From: Phallusia mammillata
Lineage: Eukaryota
NCBI GenBank assembly: GCA_965637545.1
Contig: OZ281501.1
Location: forward strand, 7,192,001-7,256,000
Length of the DNA: 64,000 nucleotides
Direction: 5' to 3'
Positions 60,201 through 64,000 of this stretch are shown one piece after another. Made by a program: the position numbers and the translations under genes. The notes under the pieces are model-generated. The model ran no database searches. It had not been told where the DNA came from and saw only the letters and a list, made by a program, of their open reading frames with translations. Position 1 is the first letter of the stretch, and every line of letters begins with the position of its first letter.

Positions 60201-63114
60201 TTCCGACATTAACGTTCCAAGCTCGTGAAGGTACTCCAGGCAAACTAAAGATCCCAGTACAGGGTGTTCCTCGTCCGGAGGTTAAGTGGAGCAAAGATGA
60301 GGAGGATCTTAAATTGGACACTCGTGTCACTGTTGAAGAGACTCCAATCTCTCAGATTCTTATCATTAAGGAGGTCCGCCGTGAGGATGCTGGTATGATT
60401 ATCTTTAGATAATTAAGAACTTACATGAAAGATTGTGAAACTAATTGTGCTGCTTTTAGGAAAATACACGCTTACTGCAACAAATGTTGCTGGCAAAAAG
60501 GTAGCCAACATTAAGGTGTTGGTTGTGGGTAAACCAGGACCTGCTTGCGGTCCTTTGGACATAACAGACTTGACTTCTGAGAGCGCCACGCTTACCTGGA
60601 AGGCACCAAAGAACAATGGAGGTATGCATTTAGGCAGAATCTAATCCCTTACTACGTTAAACTATTATAACACTTGGATTAAATCACCAGGTTCCGACAT
60701 TACAAACTATATTGTGGAGAAGCGGGACGCCAAGGCAGGCACATGGGCACTGGTGACATCATCAATCGCCCGGCCTACGTGCAGAGCCAGCGGTTTAATC
60801 GGCGGCAACGAATACACATTCAGGGTGATGGCCGAAAACCGATTCGGAGTCAGCTCGCCACTGCTTTCTGAGACAGTTGTAGCGAAATATCCTTTCAGTA
60901 AGTCCCGCTCCAAACTTGTCATAGTTACTACAGTAATAGGTGTATGTAAAAACTTCCAAACTGTTTTTATAGATGTTCCCTATGCACCGGCCGCTCCAGA
61001 GGTGATCAGCTGCAAACGGGATTCAATGATGGTTGAGTGGAAGCCACCACGCAAAGACGGTGGTTCACCTGTTACCGGCTACATCGTCGAGATCAAGGAA
61101 CGCAACTCTATTCTGTGGAAGTCGCTTGGCAAGAGCCATTCGACAGACTACCGAGCAACCGGCTTGAATGAAGGCTTAGAGTACCAGATCCGCGTCTACG
61201 CCATCAACCAAGCTGGACAGTCTGAGGCTTCCGAACCGTCCACCGCCCGGCTAGCCTTGGATCCAGTTGGTAAGTATAACCTATAGCTATAGTACGGCCA
61301 ATGCAAGAATCAATAGTAAAAAATTGTGTTATTTTGCAGAACCACCATCGCGACCAATCGTGTACGACTCGACGAACGAGAGCATCTCGATCCGTTGGGA
61401 GGCGCCGAAGTTCGACGGCGGACATCGTATTGTCGGCTATGACGTTGAAAGGCGAAACCTGCCGGCGAAGAACTGGATCAAATGCAACGTCGGAAAAATC
61501 AGTTCTACAGATTACACAGTACATTATAGCTCACCAATTAAGATGTGTTAAAGCCGTTGACCAGGAGTTATAACATCTTCTGTGCTTGTAGGTCACTGGT
61601 TTGATGCCAGGCAGTCGTTACGATTTCCAAGTGCGGGCCAAGAACACAGCAGGATCAATTTCTGAGCCATCAGAAAATACTGGACCAATCGTTTGCAAGG
61701 AGGATTACGGTCAGTATCAGTTTTCAAACACCAATTTTCTCCGATATAACGGTTTAATATAACTGATGCTACTAATTACAGAACCAGCCGATGTATCCTT
61801 GGACGTGGCTCTTCTTGAGGGTCTGATCGTTCGTGCTGGAGAGGATGTGCAACTTCACGCCGTAACTGATGGAAAACCAGTTCCCAAAGGTAAATAGTAA
61901 CGCATTACATGTTAAATGTGGATTTTCAACAACTCGTGATACATAACCACCTACTTGTTTCCAGTTACTTGGTCACACAAGGACAAAGAGTTGCGGGAGA
62001 CTGACAGCATTAAGATTGAACGCACCATCGCACAGGCGACTCTTACAATAAAGGATATCAAGTTGGCCAGTAGTGGCGAGTACACCGTTACTGCAGCAAA
62101 CCACTACGGATCTAAATCGGCGACTTGCAAAGTCCAAGTCCTTGGTAAATGCATCAACACATGTAGTTTGTTTAAAGTTTTAAAAACATATTCCAATCTG
62201 ACTGTTGTGCGTACAGACAAACCAGGCCAAGTGACAGGGCCTGTGAAGATTGTCGGCATGACAGCAAGCAAATGCAAATTGACTTGGTCTCCACCAGCCC
62301 AAAATGGAGGCAGCACCATCACAAACTACGTTGTTGAGAAACGCGAGACCAGTCGCCTGTTGTGGACCTCGGTAAGTGGCTCAAAAGATTAACTTATCTC
62401 CTCAGATAAGCATTGCTATATTTCTCTACGTCTTGGCCTTGGTTGAAAACATGCTTCGTCATTTGTGATAGGTTGGCGACGCGGGAATGCATTGTGATAT
62501 CAACTGCACAAAACTGGTCGCGGGTAACCAGTACGTCTTCCGAGTATCGGCACAAAACAAATATGGAGTCGGGCCACCGTTGGAGTCAGCAGCAGCAGTG
62601 TGCAAGAATCCGTTCGGTAAGTCTGCTTTCAAAACATTGTTTGTTTCTTGTGCCTCAAGAGATTTTGCTAAATTGTTTAATGTGATTTCGTAATGCAGAC
62701 GCACCAGGAAAACCAGGAAAGCCACAAGCCACCAAGTCAACAAAGAACACCATTACTATTACCTGGGATAGACCAGAGTCGGATGGTGGAAATGAAATCA
62801 TCGGATACCACTTGGAACGGCATCACAAAAAGGGACTCAAATGGATTCGGTGGGTTTTACAAAAGTTAGCAAAAGTGTAAATGAATCGAAATTAAATATT
62901 GCGCACTTTTGGTCACATCATTGTTGGTCACAACATCTAATCGCAAGAATATGTTTTTTCAGCTGCAACCAGGAACCCATCCGCGAGAACAGACATCGTG
63001 TGTGTGGCCTAACCGAAGGCTACGAATACGAGTTCCGCGTCTCAGCAGAGAACAAGGGTGGAATTGGGCCAACAAGCGATGAATCTGGCTTCTTCGCGGC
63101 GCGAGATCCAATCT
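1..63114 (+). CDS. TTN: Titin/connectin, partial multi-exon gene (I-band through C-zone of A-band); both ends lie outside the window
   Basis: About 100 exons joined by GT-AG introns in consistent phase. They encode I-set Ig and Fn3 domains (PxPP...W..P..DGGS.I..Y.VE..W...F RV.A.N..G) in titin super-repeat order, plus the titin-specific N2A sequence. Confidence 0.97.
1941..2114 (+). repeat. 27-bp / 9-aa coding minirepeat (KPEAKKPKT-like) x6
   Basis: KPEVHEPKT KSEAKKPGA KLEVKTPET KPEAKKPKT KPEVQKTER KPEATKPKS KPEA. Confidence 0.8.
5400..9760 (+). repeat. In-frame tandem duplications within the giant exon (core unit 729-732 bp, 243-244 aa)
   Basis: The anchor GATGG (Asp-Gly of VVDGV) occurs at 5475, 6420, 7152, 7881, 8610 and 9636. 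Spacings are 945, 732, 729, 729 and 1026, all multiples of 3. Units are visibly near-identical at DNA level. Confidence 0.92.
12412..12789 (+). CDS. TTN: Titin exon, Ig domain
   Basis: APKIVKKLKDQKV...ARLECQISGKPTPRVTWLLNG...GVYECQAVNAKG. The acceptor is clear. The donor AG|GTGCCA is weak but has the phase 1 required by the next exon. Confidence 0.8.
13211..13267 (+). CDS. TTN: 57-nt symmetric (phase 1-1) linker exon LFEQPSPESEPEDMQRQE
   Basis: Acceptor tctgtttcag; donor G|GTACGT; open in the required frame. Confidence 0.75.
13554..13577 (+). CDS. TTN: Candidate 24-nt microexon (E)GLAWLLP
   Basis: CAG acceptor follows about 168 nt with no AG; strong donor CTG|GTAAGT; phase 1-1. Confidence 0.55.
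13738..15314 (+). CDS. TTN: Exons 13738-13903, 13974-14139 and 14261-15314: unique linker, Ig, Ser/Arg-rich spacer, Ig
   Basis: Phases 1/2/0/1 are consistent across the junctions. Ig motifs RPSFIQKP...DAGTYKVVVRN and VPPVVISELP...SGTYTLSAFN. Confidence 0.85.
15474..15784 (+). promoter_or_regulatory. Cluster of RBFOX-type (T)GCATG splicing elements
   Basis: TGCATG at 15474, 15661 and 15779; GCATG at 15692 and 15734. Two more TGCATG at 19513 and 19529. Confidence 0.5.
16071..19372 (+). CDS. TTN: Alternative terminal branch: exons 16071-17091 and 17254-19372 (acidic unique sequence, Ig, long acidic/Ser unique sequence, Ig, TAA stop)
   Basis: Phase-1 acceptor at 16070; phase-2 intron 17092-17253. 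The last Ig ends RIIRLSVE-TAA with no consensus donor nearby. Confidence 0.8.
19414..19480 (+). terminator. Intragenic polyadenylation signal AATAAA with downstream GT-rich element
   Basis: AATAAA at 19414-19419, 42 nt after the stop, followed by agtgtgtttt agtttgcggt gtttc...; an ATTAAA also overlaps the stop (19372-19377). Confidence 0.7.
19608..21209 (+). CDS. TTN: 1.6-kb exon: Ig, Ser/Thr-rich unique sequence, Ig, basic unique sequence (N2B-position element)
   Basis: Tandem acceptor TCAGCAG is phase 1 and compatible with the donor at 15315. Ig motifs KPIFRQPLRDV...GCQATNVLG and SPRFMKTISD...SGVYSCVASNDQG. Donor at 21210 or 21216. Confidence 0.85.
21579..23631 (+). CDS. TTN: Two tandem I-band Ig domains (exons 21579-21646, 21770-21918, 22148-22224, 22747-22865, 23466-23631)
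   Basis: VKLSCAVSGSTPIQITWTRDG...DAGEYTVTAQNIAG and APSFVQRP...DTGEYECVAENEAG; phases are consistent. Confidence 0.85.
22656..22746 (+). other. Long AG-free polypyrimidine tract before exon 22747
   Basis: About 90 nt almost entirely C/T, ending in cactag. Confidence 0.7.
23713..23750. repeat. 16-bp direct repeat AAAGAGGGCTCAAACG x2 with a 6-bp spacer, intronic
   Basis: Copies at 23713-23728 and 23735-23750. Confidence 0.8.
23943..24048 (+). promoter_or_regulatory. Candidate internal muscle promoter: MEF2 site, TATA box, in-frame ATG upstream of N2A
   Basis: TTAAAAATAG at 23943-23952 fits YTA(W)4TAR; TATAAAAA at 23991; ATG at 24046 in the context ACG-ATG-G. The background is AT-rich, so chance is possible. 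Confidence 0.3.
24008..25398 (+). CDS. TTN: N2A element: I80-like Ig, UN2A unique sequence, I81-like Ig (exons 24008-24127, 24247-24427, 24562-24663, 24734-24896, 24980-25161, 25229-25398)
   Basis: [45 protein letters not shown]...YRVVAGPHSSTATL. These match the recalled human N2A signatures [34 protein letters not shown] and YRLVCGPH. Confidence 0.92.
25499..26029 (+). CDS. TTN: 531-nt symmetric K/E/T-rich cassette-type exon
   Basis: Acceptor gcattcag; donor C|GTGAGT; phase 1-1; low complexity with no Ig. Confidence 0.75.
26136..27896 (+). CDS. TTN: Four post-N2A Ig domains (exons 26136-26426, 26635-26901, 27004-27291, 27565-27695, 27764-27896)
   Basis: Each has F.K.L..Q.V.EG..ATFEC...V.W.K... 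Ig motifs; the domains are joined by phase-1 introns. Confidence 0.85.
27966..28075 (+). CDS. TTN: Vestigial PEVK-like linker (AMKEEEASVLQKKIRHIEVEPEPEPEKVELKPIPG)
   Basis: Lies directly before LKFTKPLED, the start of the first distal Ig. The recalled human equivalent is QLKAVPLKFVKEIKD at the PEVK/I84 border. Confidence 0.65.
28076..36924 (+). CDS. TTN: Distal tandem Ig segment, 22 Ig domains over about 31 short exons
   Basis: Domains were counted one by one after removing introns, from KFTKPLEDQ (28076) to SCFVTIVVI (36924). The next domain is the first Fn3. Confidence 0.88.
28541..28558 (+). CDS. TTN: 18-nt microexon (V)KPAEA between distal Ig 1 and Ig 2
   Basis: (TA)7-T8-cattttacag acceptor; donor CAG|GTATGT; phase 1-1. 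Confidence 0.7.
35699..35830 (+). promoter_or_regulatory. Candidate internal promoter in an enlarged distal-I-band intron: alternating purine-pyrimidine/(GC)6 tract, pyrimidine tract, TATA-like CTATAAAA
   Basis: GTGTATGTGCGCGCGCGCGC at 35699-35718; CT-rich 35719-35755; CTATAAAA at 35771. The intron is 436 bp, against about 60-100 bp for its neighbours. Confidence 0.3.
37007..42415 (+). CDS. TTN: I/A junction: Fn3x3, Ig, Fn3x2, Ig, Fn3x6
   Basis: Fn3 starts at about 37007, 37462 and 37871; Ig 38263; Fn3 38728 and 39090; Ig 39564; six consecutive Fn3 at about 39915, 40365, 40750, 41245, 41610 and 42113. Confidence 0.88.
42483..55920 (+). CDS. TTN: A-band D-zone: six 7-domain super-repeats (Ig-Fn-Fn-Ig-Fn-Fn-Fn)
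   Basis: Super-repeat first Ig domains at about 42483, 44775, 46938, 49600, 51670 and 53825; second Ig domains at about 43570, 45650, 48213, 50485, 52605 and 54722. Confidence 0.9.
43094..46869 (+). CDS. TTN: 3.8-kb uninterrupted A-band exon
   Basis: Acceptor cttacag at 43093; donor C|GTAAGT at 46870; contains ORF 43137..46937 apart from its intronic tail. Confidence 0.9.
48924..59925 (+). CDS. TTN: 11.0-kb uninterrupted A-band exon (end of D3 to start of C2)
   Basis: Acceptor tattag at 48923; donor AAG|GTGAGT at 59926; frame continuous with ORF 49024. Confidence 0.92.
55921..63114 (+). CDS. TTN: A-band C-zone: 11-domain super-repeat 1 and 10 of the 11 domains of super-repeat 2
   Basis: Ig at about 55925, 56795 and 57970 (FF, FFF, FFF), then Ig at about 59165, 60170 and 61782 (FF, FFF, FF...). 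The last exon 62963-63114 ends at T|GTAAGT. Confidence 0.9.
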
Positions 63115-63362
63115 GTAAGTTTTAACTGATCACAGCCGATCACTGAGCCTTCTATACAGGCCCTGTGTTATTGCGGTGTAGCGGTGTGAAGTGTTTTAGC
63201 TGATGGGAAGGTTATACCCACGAGAGTAACGCGTTGGAAGACGTATTTAGCCCAGCACGCGCAGATTCAATCACTTAGCGACGTGACAGTTCGAAGTGCA
63301 GAGGCTGTGCTACGCCAGAATTGGCGGGCGCATATTGTGAGACTTATTCCCTGCACGGAGGC

Positions 63363-64000
63363 ATGAGCAGTTGTGTAAGTTACAGCGCAGAGCAACAGAG
63401 AGTCGTGAACATACAAAATGTAAAGACGGTTAAAACCTTAGCGCATGATGTGATCGAAAAGCACAAGGATATAGAATCGCGCCGACAAAGATGGAATCAA
63501 GTATTGGAAGAATCGGAATTATCGTTAGAGCGACTGGAAGCTGATGTTTTACAGCAAGCCCTGCTGGGAAAAAAGCACGGTGCGCGTTTGTTTAGCCGAA
63601 ACTTTGCATCAAACTTGGAAGGGAATAGGGTGTCTGAGAAGCGCGAAGTTGTCTCTCGCAAGTCAAGATCGTTGAGTAGGATAGAGATCCATCATCAAAC
63701 GGAAGAAGATCACATAAAGCAGAGAAGTTTTTCTACTGATCGAAGGTCGAGATCTTTGAAGAGAGAAAATCTCCAATACGATGGACAACAGACTAGTATA
63801 ACCGATGTAACAATTGAAGACAGTAGACGATTAGCAGATGACAAAAGTTTCAAAAAAGACTTTAAAGACCTCAAACGGTCAATCGTAAGCCTCGATGAAG
63901 ACATTGAGCGTATTAACGATGAGATTAAACTGCGCAATGATACATTCGGCACAATCTCGTTGAAACGAAAGTCTAGAAGTATGGCTGCGTTTCAAATAGT
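63363..64000 (+). CDS. ATG-initiated ORF of at least 212 codons, open at the window end, lying in a titin C-zone intron; RS-rich with a coiled coil, no Ig/Fn3
   Basis: Manual translation has no stop: MSSCVSYSAEQQRVVNIQNVK...RKSRSLSR...RRSRSLKR...FKDLKRSIVSLDEDIERINDEIKL...RKSRSMAAFQI. The frame is open from 63279. Confidence 0.7.
   Translation, partial: MSSCVSYSAEQQRVVNIQNVKTVKTLAHDVIEKHKDIESRRQRWNQVLEESELSLERLEADVLQQALLGKKHGARLFSRNFASNLEGNRVSEKREVVSRKSRSLSRIEIHHQTEEDHIKQRSFSTDRRSRSLKRENLQYDGQQTSITDVTIEDSRRLADDKSFKKDFKDLKRSIVSLDEDIERINDEIKLRNDTFGTISLKRKSRSMAAFQI

Noticed and set aside
107-63952. Numerous minus-strand ORFs (e.g. 52282..53145 287 aa, 2744..3472, 57480..58181, 63710..63952)
   Set aside because: They are antisense shadows of long biased + strand coding sequence, with no domain motifs and no independent splice or promoter evidence.

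Overview
Eukaryotic genomic DNA. The whole window is the middle of one + strand, intron-containing gene: a chordate-type titin/connectin (TTN). It enters the window inside an exon and leaves it inside the A-band, with about 100 exons that I traced by GT..AG junctions and reading-frame continuity. Most introns are only about 55-150 bp and AT-rich. That, plus non-vertebrate unique sequences, suggests a compact-genome invertebrate chordate, most likely an ascidian tunicate (inference). Order: (1) a >12.2-kb exon of K/E/T/V/P-rich elastic sequence built from recurring motifs and recent 729-bp duplications; (2) proximal Ig domains with Ser-rich linkers; (3) a two-exon side branch ending in a stop and poly(A) signal, Novex-3-like; (4) an N2B-position exon; (5) a clearly recognisable N2A element (I80-UN2A-I81); (6) only a vestigial PEVK; (7) 22 distal tandem Ig domains; (8) the I/A junction; (9) six 7-domain D-zone super-repeats; (10) the first two 11-domain C-zone super-repeats. 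The last intron holds an ATG-initiated, non-Ig/Fn3 ORF of at least 212 codons that runs off the window and is absent from the ORF track. No rRNA, tRNA, CRISPR or recognisable transposon was found. Comparisons with human titin are from recalled knowledge, not from searches.
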